This document shows positions 38,801 through 50,849 of a stretch of DNA of 64,000 nt, piece after piece. The notes below the pieces were generated by a model, which was not told where the DNA came from, made no database searches, and saw nothing but the letters and a program-made list of their open reading frames with translations. The position numbers were made by a program, and so were the translations under genes. Where the stretch lies: contig MU058213.1 in assembly GCA_013265495.1 (NCBI GenBank), forward strand, positions 4,922,854 through 4,986,853. The letters are read 5' to 3'. Each line of letters begins with the position of its first letter. Positions within the stretch are counted from its first letter, which is position 1. This DNA comes from Vicugna vicugna. Its lineage: Eukaryota.

Positions 38801-40059
38801 TCAATTACTCTTTGACAAAGGAGGCAAGAATATACAGTGGAGAAAAGACAGTCTCTTCAGCAAGTGGTGTTGGGAAAGCTGGACAGCCACATGTAAATCA
38901 GTGAAGTTAGAACACTCCCTCACACCAAACACAAAAATAAGCTCAAACGGCTTGAAGACTTAAACGTAAGACAGGACACCATAAACCTCATAGAAGAGAA
39001 TGTAGTCAAAACATTGTCTGATATAAATTGTAGCAATGTTCTCCAAGGGCAGCCTTCCCAGGCAATAGAAATAAAAGCAAAAATAAAGAAATGGAACCTA
39101 ATTATATTTATAAGCTTTTGCACAGCAAAGGAAAACTTAAACAAAATAAAAAGACAACCTATGGATTGGGAGAAAATATTTGGAAACAATGTGACTGACA
39201 AGGGCTTAACTTCAGAATATACAAACAGCCTATACAACTTAGTAACAAAAAAAGCACCCAATCAAAAAATGAGAAGACCTAAAGAAATAGTTCTTCAGTG
39301 AAGATATATAAATGGCCAAAAGGCACATAAAAAGATGCTCAATAGTGCTTATTATCAGCGAAATGCAAATCAAAACTACAGTAAAGTATCACCTCACACT
39401 AGTCAGAATGGCCATCATTCAAAAGTCCACAAATGATAAATGCTGGAGAGGGTGTGGAGAAAAGGGAACCCTTCTACACTTTTGGTGGGAGTGTAGTTTG
39501 GTGCAGCCATTAGGGAGAACAGTATGGCAATCCCTTAAAAAAACTCAAAATAGACTTACCGTATGATCCAGCAATCCCACTCCTGGACATGTATCTGGAG
39601 GAAGCTAATTCGAAAAGATACATGCACCCCAGTGTTCATAGAAGCACCATTTACAATAAGCAAGACACAGAAGCAACCTAAATGTTGACAGATGACTGGA
39701 TAAAGAAGATGGGTGTGTGTGTGTGTGTGTGTGTGTGTAGTACTACACAGCCATTTGCAACAACATAGTATGGTAATCTCCGGTCCATCTAAGTGAAGTA
39801 AGTCAGAGAAAGACAAATATCATATGATATCACTTATATGTGGAATCTAAAAAAAATGAACTTATTTACAAAACAGACTCGGAGAAAACCAACCTTTGGT
39901 TATCACAGAGGAAAGGGGGTAGGAGAGGGATAAATTGGGAGTTTGGGATCAGCAGATACAAACTACTATATACAGAATAGATAAACAGGGTCCTACTGTA
40001 TACCACAGGGAAGTATATTTAATAGGTTGTAATAACTTTTAATGAAAAAGAATCTGAAA
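35820..40059 (+). mobile_element. Outer L1 of the nest: inter-ORF spacer, decayed ORF2 (endonuclease, RT, Cys domain) and most of the 3' UTR
   Basis: ORF2 start near 36231 (aatgtcaatgggttaaatgctccaatcaaaagac); ORF fragments [45 protein letters not shown] and [14 protein letters not shown]; many stops and frameshifts. Confidence 0.95.
39713..39738. repeat. (GT)n microsatellite inside the outer L1
   Basis: About 13 GT units, seen directly. Confidence 0.95.
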
Positions 40060-42763
40060 GAACATCCCAAGATGGTAGAGTATCAGGACCAGGAGCTTGC
40101 CTCTCCTCACAGCTACAGCAAAACCACAACTGACTGCTAAACAACCATTGGAAAAAAAAAGACTGGAACCTAGCGAACAAGATCTTCAACTGGAAACATA
40201 AAGAGGAAACTACAGCAGGACAGTAGGAGGGGCGTGCTCACAGTATAATTGGGCCCCATGCCCCTTTGGTGGGTGACCCACAAGCTGCAGAGTAATTAAG
40301 TCACAGAGACGCACCCACAGGAGCAAGAGTTCTGAGTCCCACATCAGGCTCCCCACCCCACGGTTCCTACATTGGGAGGAGGAGACCCCCAGGACATCTG
40401 GTTTCGAAGGCCAGTGGGGCTTATCTCCAGGAGCCCCACAGGAGTAAGGGAAACAGACTTCATTCTTTTGATAAGTGTACACAGAATCTTGCATGCACCA
40501 GGTCCAAGGGCAGAGGCAGTGATTTCATAGGAACCTGGGCCAGGCCTGCCTGCTTGTTTTGGAAGGTCTCCTGGGGAGGTAGGGGAAGGCTTGGCTCACC
40601 CAGGGGACATAAAAGCTGGTAGTGCACATTCAGGGAGTGTTCATCTACCTGAGCTTTCCTGGAGGCTGACATCTTGATTGGATCATTAGCACCAAGACCC
40701 AGCCCCACCCAACAGCCTGTAAGGTTAAGGGCTGGGAAGCCTCAGGCCAAACAACATACACGGTGGGAACACAGCCCTACTCACCAGAGGTCCAGGCCAA
40801 GCCTCACCCAGCAGTGGGCAGGCTCCTCCTGCCAGGAACCCTGCATAAGCCTCTAGTCCCAGCCTCATCCACCAGGGGCAGATACCAGAAATAAGAAAAC
40901 AATCCCAAAGCCTGTGGAAGGAATCCACAAACCCAGGTGAGACTCTCCCCTGGGACCGGCTGGACCCTTGCCCTTGGGTGACAAGAGAGGAGTGTACTGC
41001 TGGGATGCATGAGACGTCTCCCACAGAGGGACACTTCTCCAAGGTCAAGAAATGTAACCTACCTAAAAATACAAATAGAAAGAGAATATGACGCAGCAGA
41101 GGAATATCTCCCAGGCCAAGGGACAAGACAAAATCCCAGAAGAAGAAATAAGTGATGAGGAGACAAGCCATTTATCCGAGAGAGTTTGGAGTAATGATGG
41201 TGAAGATGTTCAGAGAACTGAAGAGAATTATAGTCACAGAGAGCTAAGTTTTTAGCAAAGAGATGGCAAATATAAAGAACACCCAAACACAAGGGTGGTT
41301 CAACATACGTAAATCAATCAACGTGACACACCACATCAAAAAGAAAAAGGGCAAAAATCACATGATATATCTCAACAGATGCAGGAAAAGCATTTAATAA
41401 AATTCAAACACCCATTTATGATAAAAACTCTTACCAAAGTGGGTATAGAGGGACCATATCAACATAATAAAAGCTATTTATGACAAACCTACAGCCAGCA
41501 TAATGCTCAAGGGTGAAAGCTGCAAGCCTTCCCCTTAAAAACCTAGAACAAGACAAGAATGCCCACTCTCACCACTTCTATTCAATATAGTACTGGAAGT
41601 TCTAGCCATGGCAGTCAGCAAGAAAAAGAAATAAATGGGATCCAAATTGGAAGAGAAGAGGTAAAACTGTCACTATGTGCAGATAACATGATACTACATA
41701 TAGAAACCCTAAAGGCTTCCCACAAAAACTACCACAGCTAATAAAAGAATTCGGCAAGGTAGCAGGATACAAGATTAACATACAGATATCAGTTGCATTT
41801 CTTTACACTAACAATGAAATATCAGAAAAGTAAAGAAATAATCCCTTTTAAAATTACATCCAAAATAATGAAATGCTTAGGAATAAATCTGACCAAGTAA
41901 TTGAAAGACTGTATGCAGAGAACAACAAAACACTGACTAAAGAAATTAAAGATGACTTAAAGAAATGAAGATAGCCCATGTTCTTGGATTGCAAGAATTA
42001 ATACTGTTAAAATGGCCATACTACCCAAAGCAATCTACAGATTTAATGCAATCCATATCAAATTACCCAGGACATTTTTCACAGAACTAAAACAAATAAT
42101 CCTAAAATTTGTATGGAATCACAAAAGACCCAGAATTGCCAAAGCAATACTGAAGAAAAAGAATGAAGGTGGAGGCATGACCCTCTCAAACTTAAGACTA
42201 CAGAGCTACGGTAATCAAGACAGCATGGTATGGGCATAAAAAGAGACGTATGGATCAATGGAACAAAACAGGGAGCCCAGATATAATCTCACAAACTTTT
42301 GGTCAATTAAACTTTGACAAAGGAGGCAAGAGCATACAGTGGAGAGAAGACAGTCTCTTCAGCAAGTGGTGTTTGGAAAACTGGACAGCTGCATGTAAAT
42401 TAGTGAAGTAAGAATGCTCCCTCAGACTATACACAAAAATAAACTCAAAATGGATTAAAGATTTAAACATAGGACAAGATATGATAAATCTCCTAGAAGA
42501 AAACAGGCAAAACCTTCTCTGACATAAATCATAGCAATGTTCTCCTAGGGCAGTCTCCCCAAGCAACAGAAATAAAAGCAAAAATAAACAAATGGGACCT
42601 AATTAAACTTACAAGCTTTTGCACAGCAAAGGAAACCATAAGCAAAACAAAAAGACAACCTACAGAATGGGAGAAAATATTTACAAACGATGAGACTGAC
42701 AAGGGCTTAAATTCCAGAATATATAAACAGCTCATACAGCTTAATAACAAAAAAAAAAAAAAA

Positions 42764-42780
42764 NNNNNNNNNNNNNNNNN
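42764..42780. other. Assembly gap (17 N) next to an A-run inside L1
   Basis: Seen directly; L1 sequence is collinear on both sides. Confidence 0.99.
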
Positions 42781-43308
42781 CAAACAACCCAAAAGTGGGC
42801 AGAAGACTGAAACAAACAATTCTCCAATGAAGACACACAAACTGCCAATAGGCACATGAAAAAATGCTCAATATCACTAATTATCAGAAAAATGCAGATC
42901 AAAACAACCATGAGGTATCACCTTAAACCAGTCAGATTAGCCATCATTCAAAAGGCCACAAACAATAAATGCTGGAGAGGCTGTAGAGAAAAGGGAACCC
43001 TCCTACACTGCTGGTGGGAATGCAGTTTGGTGCAGCCATTGTGGAAAACAGTATAGAGATTCCTCAAAAGGCTAAAAACAGACTTACTATGTGATCCAGC
43101 AATCCCACTTCTGGGCATATATCCAGAGGGAACTCTAATTTGAAAAGATACATGCATCCCAATGTTCATAGCAGCACTATTTACAATAGCCAAGACATGG
43201 AAGCAACCTAAATGTTCATCAACAGATGACTGGATAAAGAAGTTGTGGTATATTCATACAATGGGATACTACTCAGCCATAAGAAATAATAAAATAATGC
43301 CATTTGCA

Positions 43309-44162
43309 TGAAGAAACTGACAAAGGCTTGATCTCCAGAATATATAAAGCAGCTCATACAACTTAATAAGAAAAAAACAAACCACCCAATCCAAAAATGG
43401 GCAGAAGACCTAAACAAGCAATTCTCCAAGGAAGAAATACAAATGATCAATAAGCACATGAAAAAATGCTCGTTATCACTAATTATCCGAGAAATGCAAA
43501 TCAAAACTACAATGAGGTATTACCTCACACCAGTCAGAATGGCCATCATTCAAAAGTCCACAAATGACAAATGCTGGAGAGGCTGTGGAGAAAAGGGACT
43601 CTACTTCTAAAAGACACCTGCACCCCAATGTTCACAGCAGCACTATTTACAATAGCCAAGACATGGAAACACCCTAAATGTCTATCGACAGATGACTGGA
43701 TAAAGAAGATGTGGTTCAACGATAACATAACGCCATTTGCAGCAACATGGATGCTCCTGGAGAATGTCATTCTAAGTGAAGTAAGCCAGAAGGAGAAAGA
43801 AAAATACCATATAGGATCGCTCATATGCAGAATCTAAAAAAAAAGAACATAAATTCAAAACAGAAACAGACAGATTCATAGACATAGAATACAAACTTGT
43901 GGTTGCCAGGCGGGCGGGGGGTGGGAAGGGACAGACTGGGAGTTCAAAATTTGTAGATACTGACAGGCATATGCCAAATAGATAAACAAGATTATACTGT
44001 ATAGCACAGGGAAATATATACAAGATCTTGTGGTAGCTCAGCTCACAGCGAAAAAAAATGTGACAATGGATATATGTGTGTTCATGTATAACTGAAAAAT
44101 CATGCTCTACACTGGAATTTGACACAACATTGTAAAATGACTATAACTCAATTAAAAATAAT
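43309..44162 (+). mobile_element. Innermost 5'-truncated L1
   Basis: Perfect 16-bp TSD aataatgccatttgca at 43293-43308 and 44163-44178; the host L1 resumes after the second copy. Confidence 0.93.
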
Positions 44163-44566
44163 AATAATGCCATTTGCAGCAACATAAATAGACCTTGGGA
44201 CTGTCATTCTAAGTGAAGTAAGCCAGAAAGAGAAAGAAAAATACCATATGATATCACTTATTATGTGGAATCCAAAAAAAAAAAAGACAAATGAACTTAT
44301 TTACAAAACAGAAACAGATTCACAAATATAGAAAACAAACTTATGGTTACCAGGGAGGGAAGGGGGTGGGAAGGGATAAATTGGGAGTTTGAAAATTATA
44401 CCTCTTGGGGAGTGATAGAAATGTTAGCTATCTTGATTGTGGCAGCGGTTTCATGGGTGTATAGATCCATCAAAATTTATCAAATTGAACATCTGAAATA
44501 CGTGTAGTTTATTATACAGGACGCATACCACAATAAAGGTGTTAAAAGCATGTTAAAAATCTGAAA

Positions 44567-44706
44567 AACAATATATATATGATATATATAAATATATTTA
44601 TTTGTATATGTGTGTGTGTGTGTATATATATATAAAACTGAATCACTATGCTATAGACCAGAAATTAACACTGTAAATTAACTATGCTTCAGTTTTTTAA
44701 AAAACC
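44567..44706 (+). mobile_element. Displaced 3' terminus of the outer L1
   Basis: (TA)n/(TG)n, then actgaatcactatgctatagaccagaaattaacactgtaaattaactatgcttca; this is the segment missing after 40059 when compared with the copy at 9940-10063. Confidence 0.88.
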
Positions 44707-44754
44707 ACAAAAATTTGAAAATACAACTACTTTATAATCCAACAACGACAAGTG

Positions 44755-44950
44755 TGGTGGTTTGGAAACTAGACCTGGGTTTGGATCCTGGATCTGCCTC
44801 TTGCTACATCTACAGCTTTGGACAAACTCCTAAACTCTTTGAACCTGTTTTCCTCACCTAGAATGAGATTTTGAAATTAATTCTCCCCAAACTTGCTGAG
44901 ATGATTAAGTGAGATACAGGACAGGCATAGCATGCCCAGAGTAGGGGCCA
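44755..44950 (+). mobile_element. MIR SINE
   Basis: agacctgggtttggatcctggatctgcc...ctttggacaaa...ctctttgaacctgttttcctcac...gattaagtgagata. Confidence 0.7.
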
Positions 44951-46539
44951 CATTTTCATCTTTCTGTGGGTGCTGCCAGCCCTTTTCCTGGTTACCTAAG
45001 CTCACTGTACCGCAGTCACCTTTGAGCCATGAACTGCTTTGCTCCTGGACTCATTCAGCCATACACAGCTGGCTTTTTCCTTCATGACTTGCTTCATGCC
45101 TTTCCGTTCCCACCGCACCAGCTACGTGAGACCAGTGCTAATTTACAGTCTTCCCCTCCTTCGTCTCACTTGCGTTACATAGATTTCTGGAAAGCAAAGG
45201 TCTTATAATGGAGCAAAGAGAGAGGCCAGGGGTGCGAAAGCTCTCACCGGGATTTCAGGGGCTTTTCAATTCCTATTAAAAAAAAAAAAGTTTGATTTGA
45301 GAAGTTTGATAGATATTAATTAACACCATTGAGAGCAACTTCAGGTCAGCAGCCTTCATTCACAGGGTGAAAAACAAAATACCCAGAGAAAAGAGACTTC
45401 TCTTTCCCTTGCCCCTTAGTGAAACTCCATTTCCAGCAAGCTCATAAATTATGTCTTGTTAATAGGTATGCTTTAATGAAAAATATTCCTTGTGGTCATA
45501 AGTGCCTGACACATAGTAAGCGCTTTAAAATGCCTACATCTTCATGTTTCTCTTGTAGAGACCAGAACACAAAGTAGCCTTTTGTTGTGGCTTTATTTGC
45601 TGACTCTGCTTTCATTTCACCCCCGAGGGAACTGCCCCTTTATGGATTAATAAAAGGTTAACAATAGCCTTAATGTGTTAAAGAAAATGGCTGCATTTCG
45701 GTTCTGTGGGTGAAATTATCTGTGTTCTTAAAACGCTCTTGTTTCCTAGTGATCAACTAAATAAAATACCTCACTTCTTTTTGAAAGGTTGGGATATGAG
45801 GGCCTGTTTTGGAAACCCAGAGGGTCCACCTTTATAAATATTTCTGCATTTTATGGGCTTTTAGGATACTGTCACCAGAGACTATTTCTGTTATGTGGAA
45901 TTTTCACAGGAGTTGGCACAAACTGCTACCTGGCTTCTGCCCCTGGCATTCCCCTGAACTGCCTGGGCAGGTCACGGGGGCCCCCTGCATTGCCAGATCC
46001 TGTGCATTCCTCTCTGTGGCACATGAAGCGGACACTCTGACCACTGAGTCCTCGAAATCCCTCGTGCTCTGGTCCCCTTTGTCATCTGTACGTGTAGAGA
46101 TAGCTCTGTGCCTGGCCCGAGTGAGCTCCTGGGGTCATGAAGATAAGTGAGACATGGTTTTCACCCTTCATGGAAGTATAAGTAGCAGAGGACATGTAGA
46201 CCAGTGGTGCAGTGAGCTGCTTCCTGTTGTGTGTCAGGAGCCTCGGCAACAGTCATTTTCAAGCTGTGTAGGGGGGAGGGGAGAGCTTGGAAAAGACGTA
46301 TTGAATCTCCCAGGGAGAGGCATGTGAAGTTTAACATCCCCTCCAAGCTTCTAACCCACCCCGTTTTAGAAGCTGTTTACCATCCATCGTTGAAAATCGC
46401 TGCGGGGTAATGAAGGGGAGGGGGATGTGTTACTGATGGGACAGTTTAGCAAAAGTGCACCTCATAGAAGCAGAAAATTGAGCAGCACTGCTCAGGAAAA
46501 CTGAGAGCACATAAAGAAAGGAATGATCATTTTTATCAC

Positions 46540-46820
46540 TGCTGTGGGGAATTGGGGAAATTGTCATACAGGAGGAGATGTTTGGCTTGAGTCTTCAAAT
46601 GTTGGCAGGAATTCATCAGATGGATTTGACAAGGGAAGCATTCAAGACAGAGGGGACAGCTGAGGATGGCAGAGCTGTGCAGCGGTGTGGTCAGTGAGGA
46701 GAGCTGTGTTTCTTAGCGAGGCCAGGCAGGAGATCTGACAGTAGATGGTGGAGGCCTTTACACCATGCAGAGGAGTTTAGATTCCATTCAAGAAGCAAGG
46801 GGGACCCTTTAAAGAGTTTT
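46540..46820 (-). mobile_element. L2 fragment, resuming at about 49225-49500 after the L1 insertion
   Basis: aggaggagatgtttggcttgagtcttcaa...ggaggccttt...gaggagtttagattccatt...aagagttttaag; continues ttttaggaaaatctctg...tggaggcagggaaacca. Confidence 0.65.
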
Positions 46821-46833
46821 AAGAACAATAATA

Positions 46834-48985
46834 CACAGCCAGCATAATACTCAACAGTGAAAAATCTGGAACAAGACAAAGATGCCCACTCTCACCAATT
46901 CTATTCAACATAGTCTTGGAAGTCCTAGCCACAGCAGTCAGGCCAGGAAAAGACTATATGCAGATGACATGATATTATATATGGAAAACCCTAAAAGTTC
47001 CACACAAAAACCACTAGAGCCAATAAAAGAATTTGGCAAGGTAGCAGGATACAACATTAACATACAAAATCAGTTACATTTCTTTACACTAACAATGAAT
47101 TAGCAGGAAAAGAAAGTAAAGAAACAATCCCTTTTTAAATCGCATCCAAAACAATAAAATACTCAGGAATAAATCTGACCAAGGAGGTGAAAGCCTTACA
47201 CGTGGAGAGCTACACAACACTGACTAGGAAATTAAAGAGGACTTAAAGAAATGGGAAGGTAGCCCATGCTCTTGGATTGGAAGAATCAACTTTGTTAAAA
47301 TGGCCAAATTGCCTCAGGCCATCCATAGGTTTAATATGATCCCTATCAGATTACCCAGGACATTTTCCACAGAACTAGAACAAACAAGCCTATCTATATG
47401 GAATCACAAAAGACCCAGAATTGCCAAAGCAATATTGAAGGAAAAGAATGAAGCTGGAGGAATAACCCTCCCGGACTTCACACGATACTATAGAGCTATA
47501 AAATAACGTGGTATTGGCATCAAAACAGACACATGGATCAGTGGAACAGAATAGAGCCCAGAAATAAACCTAGAGACCTGCTGTCAATTAATCTTCAACA
47601 AAGGAGGTAAGAACATAAAATGGAGAAAAGACAGTCTCTTCAGCTGTTGGGAAAGCTGGACAGCTGCATGTAAACCAATGAAGTCAGAACACTCCCTCAC
47701 GTCATATACAAAAATAAACTCAAAATGGTTTAAAGACTTAAATATAGGACAAGACATGATAAATCCCCTAGAAGAAAGCATAGGCAAAGCATTCTGACAT
47801 AGATCTTAGCAATGTTCTCCTAGGGCAGTCTTCCCAGGCAATAGAGGTAAGAGCAAAAATAAACAAATGGGACCTAATTAAACTTACAAGCTTTTGCACA
47901 GCAAAGGAAACCATAAGCAAAACAAAATGACAACCTACAGGAAGGGAGAAAATGTTTGCCAATGATACGACTGACAGAGGCTTAATTTCCAGAATATATA
48001 AACAGCTCATACAACTTAACGAAAAACCAAACAACCCAATCCAAAAATGGGCAGAAGAACTAAACAGGCAGTTCTCCAGTGTATACATACAAACGGCCAA
48101 TAGGCAGATGAAAAAATGCTCGTTATCACTAATTATCAGAGAAATGAAAATCAAAACTACAATGAGATATCACCTCACACCAGTCAGAATGGCCATCATT
48201 CAAAAGTCCACAAATAATACAAGCTGGAGAGGCTGTGGAGAAAAGGGAACCCTCCTACACTGCTGGTGGGAATGCAGTTTGGTGCAGCCATTATGGGAAA
48301 CAGTACGGAGATTCCTCAAAAAACTAAAATTAGACTTACCATATGATCCAGCAATCCCACTCCTGAGCATATACCCGGAGAGAACTCTAGTTCGAAAAGA
48401 TACATGCACCCCAGTGTTCACAGCAGCACTATATACAATAACCAAGACATGGAAACAACCCAAATGTCCATTGACAGACGATTGGATAAAGAAGCTGTGG
48501 TATATTTATACAATAGAATACTATCAGCCATAAAAAAAGAATAAAATAATGCCATTTGCAGCAACATGGATGGACCTAGAGATCATCATTCTAAGTGAAG
48601 CCAGAAAGAGAAAGAAAAATACCATATGGTATCACTCATATGTGGAATCTAAAAAAAAACAAAAAAGAAAAAAGGACACTATGAACTCATCTACAAAACA
48701 GAAACAGACTTGCAGACTTAGTAAACAATCTTATGGTTACTGGGGAAAGGGGGTGGGAAGGGATAAATTTGGGAGTTTGAGATTGCAAATGTTAGCTGCT
48801 ATATATAAAAACAGATTTTAAAAAAACCCCAAGTTTCTGCTGTATAGCACAAGGAACTATATTCAGTATCTTGTAATAACCTTTAATGAAAAGGAATATG
48901 AAAATGAATATATGTATGTATATGCATGAATGGGACATTGTGCTGTACACCAGAAATTGACACATTGTAACTACTTTGATAAAAT
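46834..48985 (+). mobile_element. 5'-truncated lineage-specific L1 (RT to 3' end)
   Basis: LYADDMILY motif in ORF 46882-47103; 193-aa open ORF2p C-terminus at 47952-48533 ([16 protein letters not shown]); complete 3' UTR. Confidence 0.95.
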
Positions 48986-49211
48986 AATAATAATAATGTA
49001 TTGTATAGTTGAAATTTGCTAAGAGATCTTAGATATTATTAATAACCAAAAAGTCACTATGTGAGGTCAGTTAGCACATCTGTCATCTAACTGTAGGAAT
49101 CTTTACCCAATGTATATGTATATCAAATCATCAGGTTGTACGCATTAAATATATTACCATTTTATTTGTCAATTATACCTCAGTGAAGCTTGAGAAATCA
49201 ACAAAAAAATT
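48986..49211 (+). mobile_element. Older L1MA-type 3' end
   Basis: tgtattgtatagttgaaatttgctaagaga...actatgtgaggt...tttgtcaattatacctcagtgaagct matches the recalled L1MA8-10 terminus. Confidence 0.8.
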
Positions 49212-49559
49212 AAGTAAAATAAAAGGCTCCAACTGCTCTTTTAGGAAAATCTCTGATAGCAAAATGGATAGACCTGGAGGCAGGGAAACCATTTACACTA
49301 ACATTCTCATGTTCAAAGGTAATTATGAGCCTGAACTATGGCAGTGGCTGAAGGAGAAAAGAAGACAGATGACAAACAGTAGTTATGGAGGTAGATAGCA
49401 CTTTGTGAATGAGTGGACACGGAACGTCAGGGGACAGGGGGTTGACTCTTCCATCTCATATGTGCAACTGGTCGTTGCATTAGTTGGAATAAGGAATGAA
49501 GTTGGTGTAGCAAAAAGCGCGTAAATCTCGATGGATTAACAAAATACTGATCAGAGTCC

Positions 49560-49830
49560 ACGGCTGACGGACATGGCTCTCACCCAACACGGTCATTCGG
49601 GAACCTGGGATTCTTCCAGCTAGCTACCCTGCCTGGACTTTGGGGTCCTCTTGGGTCCACTACTGTATCCTCTGCATGAAAGTGAAGAGATTGAGCGTGG
49701 AGGATTATGTAGAAGGTTTTTATGGGCTAAACGTGGAAGTAATAGAAATAATTTCTGGCCCACCAAATTGCAAGGGAGGCTGGGAAAAGCAGTTGCATGT
49801 CCAGGAGGGAAAAAATGGGCTATTTTCTCA
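49560..49830 (-). mobile_element. Old MaLR (MLT1) LTR fragment
   Basis: tcattcgggaacctggg.ttcttcca ... cccaccaaattgcaagggaggctgggaaa. Confidence 0.55.
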
Positions 49831-50752
49831 ATCTTAGTCACCAAGTCCTGTTAATTCTGTCTCTCAAATATCTCCCTAACCTTTCCTTGCTACTTCACCT
49901 CCAGGGCTACTGTTAAAGAGTTCATGATCTCACTCCCACCTCCTAAATAGCCAGACTCTCCCAAACAACAGTCTGCCTCCAGACTAACCCCTCTGCCGTC
50001 AACCCTTGGAGGTGCCAAGGAGTCTTGCTAGAATAAAAATAGGAGCATGTCCTGCCCCTCCTTAGAAACCTTTAGAAACGGCTCTCTGTCCCATTCTGAA
50101 CGCCTTGGCAGGGCACACAGGGTCTTCTCCCCCGGGCCTCGTCTTCTGCCACTGTCATTGTGAGCTCTTTGCAGGGAAAGACCAGGGAGAAGAGGGAAAG
50201 CAGAGCTGTAGCTGTGGTCCTGCTACAGGGACGTGGCCAACTACCTAGCTGCAGCCTGGGCTGGGGGGCACAGATGTCCTGGCCTCCCTGTGCTCCACTC
50301 TCCCACCCCCTGCTACCATCTCCCAGCTGGTCCAAACCATCTGGAAGCTGAAGGGTGAGGGAGCCCACTGATGCTGACCTTCAGGCCTGCTTCCCAGGGC
50401 TCCCGAGTGGGGTGGAGAAGGGGGGGTATTGAGCCCAACAAGCAAGTGCAGAGGACCTGATGTCCCCATCAGCACCGAACGCATCACATTACAACTATTT
50501 CAGAACAGATCTTTCCCACCGAATTATGGGTTCCCTGAATGCATGCTTTTTATTTTTCTGAATCATTAGTGCCTAGTATAGCTTTTAAGGGTTACTAAAA
50601 ATAATCATCCCTCTTAGAATATTTAACTGAAATATTCAGCCATGTTACTGCTGTCTAACTGCTGAAGGAGGATTTCCTAGAGCTGTCTGACCGTGTGAAG
50701 CGTATGGAAAGTTTTGTTTCATCCTCCTGACCTGCCTTTTCTCATTTCTCAG

Positions 50753-50849
50753 CCAAACAGGCAGGACCCGCGAAATCGCCATGCCTTCCAGGAACTATAC
50801 CCCGTACACACGAGTCCTGGAGTTAACCATGAAGAAAACTCTGACTTAA
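50753..50849 (+). CDS. MYZAP: MYZAP terminal coding exon 13, (S)QTGRTREIAMPSRNYTPYTRVLELTMKKTLT*
   Basis: Pyrimidine tract and ctcAG acceptor; TAA at 50847-50849; matches the recalled myozap C-terminus. Confidence 0.95.

Larger units (their letters stand above)
40060..44554 (+). mobile_element. Middle L1 of the nest: 5' UTR, ORF1 stub, internal deletion, ORF2 3' half, chimeric 3' tail
   Basis: Begins caagatggtagagt (L1 5' terminus motif); GC-richer UTR; ORF1-like ATG near 41088 (MTQQRNISQAKGQDKIPEEE); jumps to RT at ~41288; flanked by aagaatctgaaa / aaaaatctgaaa. Confidence 0.88.

Noticed and set aside
47952..48533. 193-aa open ORF as a domesticated gene
   Set aside because: Ordinary L1 ORF2p C-terminus in a young truncated copy with stops upstream; being open reflects youth.
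37770..48960. Segmental duplication or misassembly explaining repeated ORF2 blocks
   Set aside because: The copies differ at many positions and have their own indels and TSDs, indicating independent insertions.
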